Of a stretch of DNA of 64,000 bases, positions 1 through 14,390 are shown piece after piece. Below the pieces are notes generated by a model. It saw only the letters and a program-made list of their open reading frames with translations, searched no databases and was not told the origin of the DNA. Within the stretch, counting starts at the first letter, position 1. Each line of letters opens with the position of its first letter. The translations under genes were made by a program, and so were the position numbers. This DNA comes from the human T2T-CHM13v2.0 reference genome, Homo sapiens, in the NCBI RefSeq assembly GCF_009914755.1, contig NC_060940.1; one strand, written 5' to 3'.

Positions 1-7
1 AACCTTA

Positions 8-374
8 TATATTAGTCCATTCTCACACTGCTATAAAGAAATGCCCACGACTGGGTAATTTATAAAGGAAAGAGGTTTAATTGATTCACTGTTCCACATG
101 GCTGGGGAGGCCTCAGGAAACTTACAATCACGGCAGAAGGTGAAGGGGAAGCAAGCACGTCTTACATGGCAGCAGGTGATGAAGACTGTGTGAAGGAGGA
201 ACTGTCGAAGACTCATAAAACCATCAGATTTCATGATAACTCACTCACTGTCATGAGAACAGCATGGGGGAAAACTGCTCCTATGATCCAATCACCTCCC
301 ACCAGCTCCCTTTCTTGACATACGGGGATTATGGGGAATACAATTTGGGTGGGGACACAGAGACAAACAATACC
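8..374. mobile_element. MST/THE1-type MaLR solo LTR
   Basis: TATTAGTCCATTCTCACACTGCTATAAAG...GGGTGGGGACACAG hallmark ends. Confidence 0.85.
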
Positions 375-1639
375 GCCTTCTGCTTTTAATGGCTTATGCA
401 GTTAGATTAGACTCACCTTGATAATCTGCCTTTGGATTCACTCAAAGTCAACTGATTAGTAACCCTAATTCCATGTGCAAAATCCCTTTTGCCATGTAAC
501 TTATCATCATCATGGACGTGGTATCACAATACCTTTTTGGTCCTGGGATTGAGGTGGGAAATCCTGGGGCCATTTTAAGGTTCCTTTTACCTTGTTACTA
601 CACTCAGGGGTGATAGAAGCCCACAGTTCAGTCAATATCAGATTCTCCTGCCACTCACTCTGGATGCCACAGTGAGGTTCATGGGGTAGTTGGAGGCCAT
701 GGCTCTGTGGAGGTGGGGGAAGGGAAAGTGCTGAAGTCTGGGGAGGCATCTATAGACAGATCCCCCAACTCAGTGGGATCTAGTGCAGATTCTGGTGACT
801 ACACTTGGGAGTAGTTCCTTTTTCTCTTCTGAGGGTTTGACCAAGGCCAGCTGGTAATCTGTTCACTCACTAAGTATGTAGATCAGAGAAAGTGATGAGT
901 CAATGCTAACACCTCTGGTTCTTTTTGAGTTTCTGAGGTTGAATGCAGTGACAATTTTGTGGCAAGATGATCTTAAATGTTTTGGAAGCAAAAGCATTTT
1001 TTGTTGAAAGAAGGCTGGTTGTCACTATGTATATATATTTGGTGATGAGGATGGGACCCCGTAGGGGTAGGAGAGCACCAACCTGGAGCAGGTGGTGCAG
1101 GCCCCCTCCAGGCCCATCTGGAATTTGAGCAGATCCTGTGTTAAAGGACCACCTAGGCCCCTTGAGGAGTCTGGCACCATTGTGCCCATCCCCTGAAATG
1201 AGCATGGTGTGGTGTTGTTACTCCTTTTACAGAAACTTAAGTAGAAGACGCTTAAGAGCCAAGTTTTGTATTCCTTCCTATTAAAAATCATTGGTTGAGG
1301 CTTATGTTTCACATTAATTGAAACCCTGTTATTCACATGGCACTGAAGCTGGGAATTGTGTTCTAGTTTGAACTTTCTAGAAAGAAACCTTAGGACACTG
1401 CTGTCTCTGGAGCAGATGCACAAATGACTGAGTGACAGATGGCCACTCCTCAGCCAGTGGCTGTTTGTAAGGAATTCTAGTGCATGGAAAGTGCTAAATT
1501 AGCAGCGCTCTTGGGGGTATCCCCTGTTACCAAACAGAGAAAAACTCCAAGAGAATCTCCACTAAGAGTCACAGAAGTTCCTCCTAGTTCTTCACTGGGG
1601 GCCTAAGGGCTCCACTGAGAAGTGTATTTCAACACGATT

Positions 1640-1890
1640 TGAGGCAGGTGAATCCAGGAGTTCGAGACCAGCCTGGGCACCATGGTGAAAACCCCATCCC
1701 TACAAAAAAGTACCAAAATTAGCCCAGCATGGTGGCACATGCCTGTAATCCCAGCTACTCCAGAGGCTGAGGTGGGAGGATCAGTTGAGCCCAGGAGGTG
1801 AGGTCTGCAGTGAGCCGAGATCACGACATTGCACTCCAGCCTGGGTAACAAAGAGTGACATCCCGTCTCAAAAAAAAAACCCAAAAAACA
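1640..1890 (+). mobile_element. Alu (5'-truncated, J-like)
   Basis: GAGTTCGAGACCAGCCTGGGC...GCACTCCAGCCTGGG plus A tail. Confidence 0.9.
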
Positions 1891-1983
1891 AAAAACCAAC
1901 CATAAAAGAACCCCCTTCCCCACCCAAATTCCCATTATCCTTGACAAGGGTCCATCAGGCCTCAGCAGTTTGCCAAAGGAGTC

Positions 1984-2470
1984 TGTATTAGTTGCCTTGT
2001 CTGCTGTAAAAATGACCATAAACTGAGAGGTGAGGGGTTGGGGTGGGGTTTTAAGCAACAGACATTCTTTCTCTCCCAGTTCTAGAGGTCAGAATGCTTG
2101 AATCAAGCATTTGCAGGGCTGAGTCCTCCTGCATGCCCTGAAGGAGAATCCATTCCCTGTCTGTCTCCCAGCTTCTGGAAGGTGCTGGTAACCCTAGGTG
2201 TTCCTTGGCTCAGGGTGGCATCACTCCAGTCTTTGCCTCTGTCTTTGTACGGTGTCCTCTGTGTGTCCACGTCTTCTCCTCTCAGAAGGACGCCAGTCAT
2301 TATTAGATTTAGGGCCCACCCTAAATTCAGGATGATCTTATCTCAAGATTCTTAACTTAATTACATCTGCCAAGACTCTTTTCCAAATAAGGTCTCATTC
2401 ACAGGTTCTGGAATTTAGGATGTGGACATAACTTTTGGTTGGAGGCAGGGGCGGGGGGTCACCATTCAAC
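1984..2470. mobile_element. MLT1-type MaLR LTR
   Basis: TGTATTAGTT...GATTTAGGGCCCACCCTAA...ACCATTCAACCCACTACA. Confidence 0.75.
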
Positions 2471-3890
2471 CCACTACAGAGTCCATGACACAAAAAAGGT
2501 TCTGAAGCTCCATGATCTTGCCAGGGCCTTCCTGATCTTTCCTATCAAACTCCACATTTTCAAGAATTTTGCTCCTGTAACTTGCTTCTATTTCTGACTC
2601 CATAACCAGGTGAAGTGTGTGCCTTGTAAATGGAAAATTATGATGCATTTTTTTCTGTTTAAACAGCTTCTAAGCAGGATTCAACTGTGGTGAAGGCTGA
2701 CAAGTGCATCTTTCAGTCTCAAAAATGGTCTGATCAGGAACCCACGGAATGGGGGATGATTGACAATCTCTCTCATGGACCTTCTGCAGCCTGACACTTA
2801 CATAATGCTTTCCTGGCAGGTGGAAAATCCCACAGTGCTTAGGCTAATGCTTCTCAGCTTTGGGCTCTATTTTCTGTAGGTCAGTCTCAAGGCTGACACC
2901 CACTCCCCCACCCCCGGCCCCTGCCACTTCTCCAGAAACATTTGAAGCCATTCGGGGGTCAGGGCTGACTGAGAGCTCTGCTGTGTAGAAACCACTTTCA
3001 CCCACATGACTTAATGTGGCCAGGAGGCTTGTTTCTCCCCGGCTTACAGCCAATTTCTCTGGCTCTTCAAGTCTCAACTTAAATGTCACCTCCAAGCCGC
3101 CTGACCACCCTGTCTGCCCTGAGGTCCTTGCATTTTCTCTTCTCTTTCCTTCTTTGTCTCTTTTTGATGTCTGCATAGTGAGGGAACATCAATCTCTTTG
3201 ATGACATAATTTTTAAATTTCCTCAAGTCAAAACCAGAATAGAGAAGTGGGAGACCTTGGGAGATAACCATGTTTCAATAGCTTAGGAAACATGTAGAGC
3301 AAAATCTTGGTGATTTTAGTTTTAATGTTCAATTACAATTTCTCTGAAATAGCACAATGGCCAAAAATAGACCATTATGCTGCGTTTAAACAGCTTTTGT
3401 TCCTCAACCTGTTGATAACATCTGATGCTTGTTTGTCGTCATTTCTTATGATGGAGGTAGAATTCACACCCTCTAAAATCGCCCAATTTAAGGGGTAAAA
3501 TTCAGGGGACGTTGGCATATCTACAAGGTTGACCCAAGTCATATTTGGAAGGCTTGGCAACTGCCAAGGCACAGATTTACTTTTTTCCTTACTTGGAGTA
3601 TGTGTAGTGTTTACTATAGTAAACAGTGTTGAAATCATATTTGAAAAATAGAGAATGTAAAACACGAATGCTTTCTGCACAGAGTTCCGTGCAGTGCAGA
3701 GACACATGGAGGGGTGAGAAGCTGGATGGGTGTCTGCCAAGCTGGAGAGAGGAGCAGCTAGGAAGAGGGCTGCCCTGTGGAAACCCCCAGGTTAGTGGCG
3801 AAAATGAGACACAGCCACGGAAAACTTTCCTGAATTCCACGGAGAGCCGGGGAGGAAGACACCGAAAGAAGTTCCCTGGTCCATGATGCT

Positions 3891-4355
3891 GCTGAGGGAC
3901 GCGTCCCCCATGTCCTCTCCTTATTCTCCTGAGGGAGCCTCTGTGTCCCCTCCTTTTTCTCCTGAGAGACGCCTCCCCTGTGTCCTCTCCTTATTCTCCT
4001 GAGGGAGCCTCTGTGTCCTCTCCTTATTCTCCTGAGGGAGCCTCTGTGTCCCCTCCTTATTCTCCTGAAAGACGCCTCTCCTGTGTCCTCTCCTTATTCT
4101 CCTGAGGAAGCCTCCCCTGTGTCCTCTCCTTATTCTCCTGAGGGAGCCTCTGTGTCCTCTCCTTATTCTCCTGAGGGAGCCTCTGTGTCCTCTCCTTATT
4201 CTCCTGAAAGACGCCTCTCCTGTGTCCTCTCCTTATTCTCCTGAGGAAGCCTCCCTGTGTCCTCCTTATTCTCCTGAAAGACACCTCCCCTCAAGTCCTC
4301 ATTATTCTCCTGAGGGACGCCTCCTCTGTGTCCTCCCAGATGCCCCTGAGGGACG
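3891..4355. repeat. Minisatellite/VNTR, ~13 units of 33-36 bp
   Basis: Tandem CCTGAGGGAGCCTCTGTGTCCTCTCCTTATTCT and longer variants. Confidence 0.95.
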
Positions 4356-5079
4356 CTTCTTGGTGTTTCTCAGTGCTCAGCAGCCAGCGGTGCCTGGCCT
4401 GTCCCACTCACGGTCCCTGTTCTAGCACAGAGTCCTTCTGGGCTGGGCTCCCAGTACCCTGTGTGCTCCTTCCTCCTCTAATGATGGCTGCGGCGGGCTG
4501 TGCCTCCCGCTGTCCCCTGGGTATGCTCGTGGTCCAGGATCACACCGCTCCTTGTGTGCACTGCAGAGTCCAAGAACACACGCGGAGACCACTGCTCCTC
4601 TGGCGTTCCTGGCACTATGTTTTTTCCTGCTTGGGTCCGTTCCTCCACACCTGTGGAAAACCTGTTGTACCTGCTGCTTCCCCCACAAAGCCGTTTCTGG
4701 TTGTTCCTGTGTAGGGTGAATTGGATGTGGTGGGATAAGCCCCACTCACTTCACACCAGCACTCTGGGTTTTCGCCTGCTCCTCCTCTCAGTCCTGGGGC
4801 GACTGTTTTCACCTCTCTGCATCCCAGTTGCTGCACATCTGCATCCCCAGGCTGAGGCTAGCCTGCTGCCCACGAGGCTGTGGAGAAGCCCCAGCAAACA
4901 GCCCAGGGGAAAGAGCCTCGTGGATTTTATTTGATTTATCTTTCCCTGTGAATTCCCACAGTGCCTGCCCGGTTTGGATCCTCTCAACCACATGGATTGT
5001 TTGCTTTGAATTGTAGTGATTTGTGCACCTGTCAAAACTTCCCCACCAGGGAGGCCACTGGCTTCTTCATAGCTCCTGA

Positions 5080-5435
<356 letters not shown>

Positions 5436-6139
5436 CATTTTCTGAACAGCCATGTCAACAGGTTAGTCCTGCTTCAAGGACCAAGTAGAACTTCTTCCAT
5501 GTCCTGGATTTGCCCCTTGGCAGTGTCTCGTCCTTGTGTCCCAATGTGAGTGCTACGTAAATGGCTTCTTCTCACTGTGTGCATTGACTCTTGCCTGGGA
5601 CTCTCCTTTCCTACCCACCCCCCATCTCTGGATTCAGCCTTCAGCTGACTTTCTGCTATTAGTTTACCCTGTTCTGGTTTCTGGCTCTCACCTCCAGACA
5701 TGCTTCCTCTTGCAAGTTCATCATGGGTTTCCTCCGCTAAGGTGCCCTGGCTCTGGGCTTCTGCATTCCCCAGGTCTGAATTTGGAATTCCTGGCTTCCA
5801 CCTTGCAGCAGCCTCCCCCTACCCCATCCATTCTTGGCCCTGGGCCTGTACAGCCAGGCTCTGGCTGGGTGATCTTTCCGGATACCGCTTTGAAGAGTTT
5901 ACCTGCCGATCTCCAAGTTTATCACGAGTGTATTCCCATGAACATTTCGAGGTAGCACTAGGTATCAATGCTTTTTGTCAAAAGTCATTAGATTTTGAAG
6001 CATACAGAAGAGAATAATACAGTGAATGTTCCCCTCCAGTTTTGTCAGTCTTTACATTATGTGATATTCACTTCATATTGCTTTTGTTATATACAATAAA
6101 GCAGACACGGCTGGGACTCTGTTGGCCACGTCTCATGGG

Positions 6140-7380
<1,241 letters not shown>

Positions 7381-7384
7381 GTAT

Positions 7385-8500
7385 GAGGGGAAATAGGTAT
7401 TGGGGAATTGGGTGATTGTTGAGGCGTGTTTTGCCCAATAGTCAGCCTCCCAGTAACCTGAAAGAAAGCTCCTCCACCTCTCTGCGTGTCTCTTTCCAAT
7501 GTAGCAACCTTGGGCACCGGGCAAAGCCTTGTCCTAAACCTCGGCCCCTCCCACCAAACCATGACCAACTTGTGGTCTCTGGGGACGCTGGACAATGGAC
7601 TGCCCCCTACGGGGACACCTCCCCCGTTCAGGTGCAGCTCATAATGAAGCCCCCTAACTAAGACAGGAGGAAATTTCTTCACTGCTGGCGCTGATCAAGG
7701 AAGACTGAGGGTGCCCGGGATTCTTTGCCCCACATCTAGTGAGTCCACTGAACCCAGGGTAATTGGGACAGCATCCGGTAAAATTTTTTTCTTTCTTTTG
7801 AATAATGGGGCATGCCTATCGGTATTAACTGAATATAAAGGCCCATTAGAATGATTATCGGTTTCTGTTGTTGGCATGAAGGGCATACAAGAAACCCCAT
7901 ACAAAACACCACCTGTATACTGCTCATTTCAGGGAGTTACCCACACTCACTCTTTCTTGGTCATTCCTCACTGTCCCACTCCTTTATTAGGAAGGGACAT
8001 TCTACACAAACTAGGAGGAATCATTCATTTATCAGCCCTACATCAAAGCATCCCTTACTTATTGTTATGTCAAGAACAAAACCCTTCCTCAGACACTCAA
8101 CATCAAACAGACTTAAATCCCAAATTCCTCAGCCAAGTAAACCCCATAATATAAAGCACTGACTTCCCCGTAATAGCTATCTACCATTCTCCAATACAAA
8201 TTTCACTGAAGGGATCCTAAGCACTATATAGTGGTCCTAAAATGTCCCCTCAATCCTCATGGATTATGGGGACTCAAGCCCATCATCTCCTGACTTTTGG
8301 CTGCCAATATTTTAATCCCCTCCCACTCTCCCCACAATACTCCTATTCTCCCAATCAAAAAACCTGGTGGCTCCTACGGAGCAGTTCAGGATTTGTGACA
8401 AATCAACTCCACTCTTGTTACTGTTTGTCCCCTTGTCCCAAACCCCTACACCCTCTTATCGAGAATTCCTCCCAACACCAGCCATTTCTCTGTGTTAGAC
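7385..8500 (+). mobile_element. Degenerate ERV1 (gammaretrovirus-like) internal fragment: gag NC - pro - start of RT
   Basis: Zinc-knuckle relic SFQCSNLGHRAKPCP; gag stop ED*GCP (TGA 7706); protease FLLNNGACLSVL and HSFLVIPHCPTPLLGRDIL; RT KPGGSY..VQDL..VPNPYTLLSRIP..HFSVLD. Confidence 0.88.
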
Positions 8501-8989
8501 CATGCATTCTTCTTTATGTAATACAGATTCAAGACACTTGAAGATAAATTTACTTTCACGCCACTGCAGGAAAAGAGAGAAGGGTCTTGTCATGGATAAG
8601 TACTCAGTGATAAATTGACATATCATGTCAGTCATTTGAGGAAATTTATGTGTCAAAACAGTAAATAACCCAATCCAAGCAACAAATAAGGAAATAAAAG
8701 CATGAGAATAATTTTTAGGGAAAAGAAATCTGACATTCATAGTTCAGAAAGATAACCATGCCTAGTCCAGTCAATGTGGGGGAGTTTCAGCAGTGATATC
8801 TGGCACTCACTGTCTCTCCAGAACAACTACATACTGGGATGAAACAAACAGGCTTCCATCACCACTGTGTAACCATTTACTTAAATCTAAAAAGGAGTCC
8901 CTGGAAATTATTCCATAAAGGGATAGTTCCAAACTCCTTGAGGTTCCAAGAGGAACCCAAGAAATGGAGCCAAGTGACAAAACAGATTT

Positions 8990-9283
8990 GTTTTTTTTTT
9001 TGGAAACAGGGTCTTGCTTTGTCACCCAGGCTAGAGTGCAGTGATTGTGGTCACAGCTCACTGCAGTTTGAACTCCTGGGCTCAAGACATCCTCTTGTCT
9101 CAGCCTCCTGAGTAGCTGGGACTATAGGCATGCACTACAATACCCAGCTAATTTTTAAATTTTTAGCAGAGATGAGGTCTTGCTATGTTGCCCAGGCTGG
9201 TCTTTATCTCCTGGGTTCAGGGGATCCTCTCACCTCAACCTCCCAAAGTATTGGGATTATAGGCATGGGCCACCATACCCAGC
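8990..9283 (-). mobile_element. AluJ
   Basis: Antisense Alu with J-type diagnostic GAACTCCTGGGCTCAAG. Confidence 0.88.
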
Positions 9284-11002
9284 CAGGAAAGAGAATTAAT
9301 GCACCTCCTGAGGCTTCACGTGGACCTACCTGAACCTAATTTTTATACACGTTCCATGAGCAGCCCATGAGGCAGATGTTGTTTGCACTTTCATCTGGCT
9401 TGGCTTGAAAGTGATGATGCATTTATTTGCATGAGTGGGTGACAGGGGCTAAAAAATGAGATCAGAACCAGAAGAAGGCTGTCAGGAAGGAAATGACTAA
9501 CTCGACAAGAAATTTCAGCCATTTGTGTCCTGTCCCCAGCAACTCCCCCACTAAGTTCCCAGTAGGTTCATTTTCAGTTTGTAGAACAACTCTGCCTGGA
9601 AGATTATGTACAATCATAGGCTTTTAGGTCTGGATGAAACCTGAGTGCCTCACTTGTGCAACCATTTCATTTCATAGAAAAGGAAACAGAGGTGTGAATT
9701 AGACACCCCTGCTCTGGACTGCGCCTCCACTCCCTGAGCAAAGCAATGCAGAGCAGTGGAAAGAGTCTTGGGTTTGAAGGCAAGAGGCTCCAGCCCCCCG
9801 AGCCTCAGTTTCCCCATCTGTCAAGTGAGGATAACCACGCCTGCCCTGCTCTACTGGGCAGGGCAAAGGAGATGATTTAAGAGCAAGTATTTTGTAAAAG
9901 AGAAAGCAAGCTGCAACTTTAAGTTGCTACTCCTAGTGCCCCTCAAAGCTGCCTAGCAAATTGATTCTTCTCCGTAGTTTCCTGCATTGAGTTCTAGAAC
10001 TCAGTGCTGGGAGTCAAAGGGTCCCTGTTGACTCCTGGGCCTGGGGAACCCACTCTGCCTCGGAACCCTTCCTTGCATCCTTCCTTTGTAGGCAATCATT
10101 TGGTGCATCCCAGCCAACCATGCACTTACAGAGAAAGAAACAGCCAAAAGAAATAGAGAGAAGGGAATTACGACCTGGGGTGCATTTGACTGCTTCAGTT
10201 CCGAAAATACTTACTAAAGACCTATTAGGTGGCAATGAAGTTGACCTCAAATCACAGAACCTTAAAATTGGAAGGGACTTGGAGATTATGGATTAAGTAG
10301 TACACGCTCCTGAAATCACACAGCAACACTGCAATCACCTCTAACAGGCGGTCTAGCATGTGTTCCCTTCATGCTTCCAGGGACAGGTGGCTCCCACGTC
10401 ACCAGGGACCTCATTCCACTTGTAGAAAGATTGTTAAAGCACAGCCCATTATTAAGTGGACTGAGGTAAGCATGGGGGCAAATTCTGCCCACTGACACAC
10501 AACTACCATATGCCACCAAAGTCCGAAATGAAGCCTGCTTACAAATGAAGACAATTACAAAATCATCCGTCTTGTCTCTAAGTGCCAGGGTAAAAATGGA
10601 CTTCTAGGATTGCATTTAAAAATATCTCTAACCACGCTCAAAGTTTGTGATTCTCCTTAGAGGTAAATTATTGTTGTTGTATTGATATTTTATTGTGCTT
10701 CTGCCATTTGTTTCTCACAGATGCACCTGCTGCACATCTGCAAAGGTAAGCTGGAGATGAACATGGGTGAGCGTTCTGGATTATTTGGCACTGCTTGCTA
10801 AGCACATAGATTCATGATGCACTGAGTCAGAATCCCTGGAGGCTCCTCCTGGGAACCTACATCTTGATAAGTGTCCCACTGTTGCTTATTTATGCTAAAA
10901 TTTAAAAACACTCATCTATATAATATACAATAATATATATTTTGTAATTGTTGACTTTGTAATTGTCTTCATTTGTAAGCAGGCTTGGAGTCCCATAGGT
11001 GA

Positions 11003-11220
11003 ACCCACCTCCCAGGTTTCAGCAATTCTCATGCCTCAACCTCCTGAGCAGCTGGGATTACAGGTGCCTACCACCAAGCCCAGCTAATTTTTGTATTTTT
11101 AGTAGAGACAGGGTTTCACCATGTTGGCCAGGCTGGTCTCGAACTCCTGACCTCAAGTGATCCACTGCCTCAGCCTCCCAAAGTGCTGGGATTACAGGCG
11201 TGAGTCACCATGCCTGGCCC
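11003..11220 (-). mobile_element. Alu (partial)
   Basis: CACCTCCCAGG...GTGAGTCACCATGCCTGGCC. Confidence 0.88.
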
Positions 11221-12319
11221 AGAATTTATATTTTTCACAAACCAGTATTTCCTGGCAATAGCCCTAAATGTTCAGGATATTTTTGATCTATGCTTAAGAA
11301 ACCTTTTACTCTTAAGTTTTTTTTTCCTCCCCTGGGACTGTTTCAAGTTCTTCCGTTAGTAATAAATGTGAATAAAAATTTATACCTGAAAGGCAAAACG
11401 TTATTGAATGCTTAATGAAATTTTTTCCTTTACATTAAATGTTTACATACTTTGCCACTCCTCGAAGGAGGGTTATGAATTAAATACCTAATACATTACA
11501 GCTGCTTAATAAACAGCCAATAAATGAACGCCAATGCATTTAAAAGTAATGAGTTTTAGGATATAAAAAATAGAAATCTCAGGTTTTTATTTGTAATCCT
11601 TCTAGAGTAAAGAAACAGATTGCGGCAATATTAGCAATTCGTAAATCACCATCCAAACCCACCATGAACAGATAGAGCAAACTGACTCAGTGAAAGAGAA
11701 ATGACTGGAAGCAAAATGGGGTCAAAGTTCATGTCTTTAGGGCAGATACATTTTACCCAGTAATATTTCTCTTCCCAAGTCCCCTGAGTCGGTCCCAACT
11801 TACTGCCTTTTAGAGATCTCACTTTTATTGTAAGATAGCTTCTTACACGAAAACATTTACCACTTGTGCACGTATATATATATATATCTATACATATGCA
11901 CACACATCCTTTGTATTCAACTGCCTGATAAACTGTAGTCATTTGTTCTGTGTTGTGGAGACTGATAAGTGAATCTTTTCCTTATCTGCCAGGGTAAACT
12001 GCCAACTTTCAAATACTCTTTGGTTTTCCCAGGTGAGTCATGCACCTTCCAGTGTCTGTAGCCCCAGGGCTGCTCATGCATGTGACTGGGTCTTAGTTTT
12101 TTGACCTAGAGAAGGCATACCAAAGTCTGCTTGAGCCAACATCTTTGCCAGGTGCCCTCATTGTGTTTATTTTTGTCATATAAACCTTAAGTGGATGGCA
12201 GGATTATGTTTCCACATGTGCACACCTGTTTACAGACCACCCACATCAGGTAGGGCAATCCCTCTGAGGGGCCGCAGCAGATTGTGAGGGGCTTCCTGTT
12301 TTCATTCCAACCTTCCTCT

Positions 12320-13071
12320 GAAACACTGGTGTGTAGTGGCAACGTTGTTCTTAAGCTTGAGCCCCCCGACCAAGTGAAGCATGAGAAAATGCAGCTTACC
12401 TTAGTCACAGGCAGCTAAGCACAGGTAGTTAATGGCAGGTAAATTAGCCACAGGCACCTTTGGAACCAGCAGCAGGTGCGGCAGACCGGACCCTCCTCGG
12501 AACGAGGAGCATGTGCAGAAGAGTTCGCACGGCAGGCTGGGAGTGCTGCCTCCAGGAAGGCCTGTTCTGGGGTTGAACCTTAGCTGTTGTCCGGGAACTT
12601 GGATTTCAGGGGGGTTCCTGCCACCCTAACGGATAAAAGTGCCTCACTGTGTCCAAACTATTTGTGCAAACAGTGTGGTTTATGCTGAACACCTGCTTTC
12701 CTTCTGGGATCTGGAGTTTTTTGGAACACGCCAGGCAGAAGGTGCCTATGTGGCCAGCACCCCCCATAAAAACCCAGGGCTCTGAGTCTCTAGTGAGCTT
12801 CTCTGGTTGACAGCATCTCAAATGTATTGTCGCAACTTGTTGATGGAGGAATTACGTGCGTTGTCTGGGATTCCACTGGAGAGGACTCTGGAAGCTTGGG
12901 CCTGGTTTCCTCCAGACCTCACCCCGTGTATCTTTTCCTTGTGCTGATTTCGCTCTGCATCTTTTTGCTGCAATCAACGGTAGCTGTGAGCGCAACTATA
13001 TGGCAAGTCCTGCGGGCCCTCCTCCCGCGGAATCACTGAGCCTGGGGAGTTATTGGGGCCTCAACTCAGAC
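12320..13071 (+). mobile_element. MER21-like LTR
   Basis: GTGGTTTATGCTGAACACCTGCTTTCCTTCTGGG...CCCCCATAAAAACCCAGGGCTCTGAGTCTCTAGTGAGCTTC typical of MER21. Confidence 0.7.
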
Positions 13072-13429
13072 AGGTATAAAAATTAATACACCTCCTAGAG
13101 CACAGAGATGAGCAATGTTCTTCCAGCTTTCTTTCCTTTTGCCCTCCCTGAGATTTTTTTTTTTTTTGCAATGAGCTTATACCTTGTCTATTTAAGGCAT
13201 TTTTAATTTAGTGTTGGGATAAGTAGGGGCACTGAAATAGCATAAGATTTTCCCCCTTACCTCAAGAATAATTCAGCAAAATAATTCATAATATAGAGCA
13301 GGTACCAAATTATGTTATAAAGATTTCAGTATAGCTGGAGTCCAGTGTTTTTAAAATGTGGGTCAGTGAAGGCTGGAGTAGGAAGGAGGACAAGATTTAA
13401 GGTGGATCTTAAGGATGATGCGGTAGGCA

Positions 13430-14390
13430 GATTAATGGCCCGCAGAGAGGTCCAAGTCACAGCCCATGAAACCTGGGATTGTGTTAGGCTACATGGCAAA
13501 GGGAAATTCATGTTGTAGATGGAATGAAGGTTGCTAATCAGCTGACCTTACAATAGGGAGATGATCCAGGTGGACTCAATATAATTACACGGTCCTTAAA
13601 CGTGGAAAAGGGTAGTGCACCTGCAGTCCCAGCTACTCAGGAGGCTGTGGTGGGATGATTGTTTGAGACAGGAGTTCGAGGCTGCAGTCAGGCATGATTG
13701 CAGCACTGCACTCCAGCCTGGGAGACAGAGCAAGCCCTTGTCTCTTAAAAAAAAGAGGGGGCAGGAGAGAAGGGCAGAGTGATGTGATGTGAGAAAGACT
13801 CACTCGCCATTCACAAAGCCATTGTGGGCTTTGAAGATGGAAGAAAAGGCCGTGAGCCAAGGCAGGCAGCTGGAGAGAAGCTGGAAAGACAAGGAGTGGA
13901 TTCTCTGCTGCAGCCTCCAGGAGGAGCCGGCTCTGACGACACCTTCATTTTAGCCCAGTGACACCGTGTTGCACTTCTGACCCGAAGAACTATAAGATTA
14001 TAAACTTGCGGCCGGGCACGGTGGCTCTTGCCTGTAATCCCAGCACTTTGGGAGGCCGAGGCGGGTGGTTCATGAGGTCAGGAGATCGAGACCATCCTGG
14101 CTAAAACGGTGAAACCCCGTCTCTACTAAAAAAATACAAAAAATTAGCCGGGCGTGGTGGCGGGCGCCTCTAGTCCCAGCTACTCAGGAGGCTGAGGCAG
14201 AAGAATGGCGTGAACCCGGGAGGTGGAGCTTGCAGTGAGCCGAGATTGGGCCACTGCACTTCAGCCTGGGCAACAGAGCGAGACTCTGTCTCAAAAAGAA
14301 AAAAGAAAAAAGAAAAAAAAAGATTGTAAACTTGTGCTGTTTTAAGCCATTAAGTTTGTGATAATTTGTGACAGCCACCATAGGAAATGC
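13430..14390. mobile_element. MLT1D-like LTR interrupted by an Alu monomer (~13610-13755) and an AluY
   Basis: MLT1 motifs (GCTAATCAGCTGACCTT; TTTAAGCCATTAAGTTTGTGATAATTTGT) flank the two Alus. Confidence 0.75.
14010..14322 (+). mobile_element. AluY with target-site duplication
   Basis: GGCCGGGCACGG...GAGATCGAGACCATCCTGGCTAA...GGCGTGAACCCGGGAGG; A-tail; TSD AAGATT(A/G)TAAACTTG. Confidence 0.92.

Noticed and set aside
3891-4425. Repetitive ORFs (QENKERTQRLP, SPYSPE) and CRISPR-like periodicity
   Set aside because: Translations of a minisatellite. Units are adjacent without unique spacers, there are no cas genes, and the context is eukaryotic.
7416-8541. Functional retroviral gag/pro/pol genes
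   Set aside because: Frameshifts, stops, loss of the first zinc-knuckle Cys and of the protease catalytic Asp; a fossil only.
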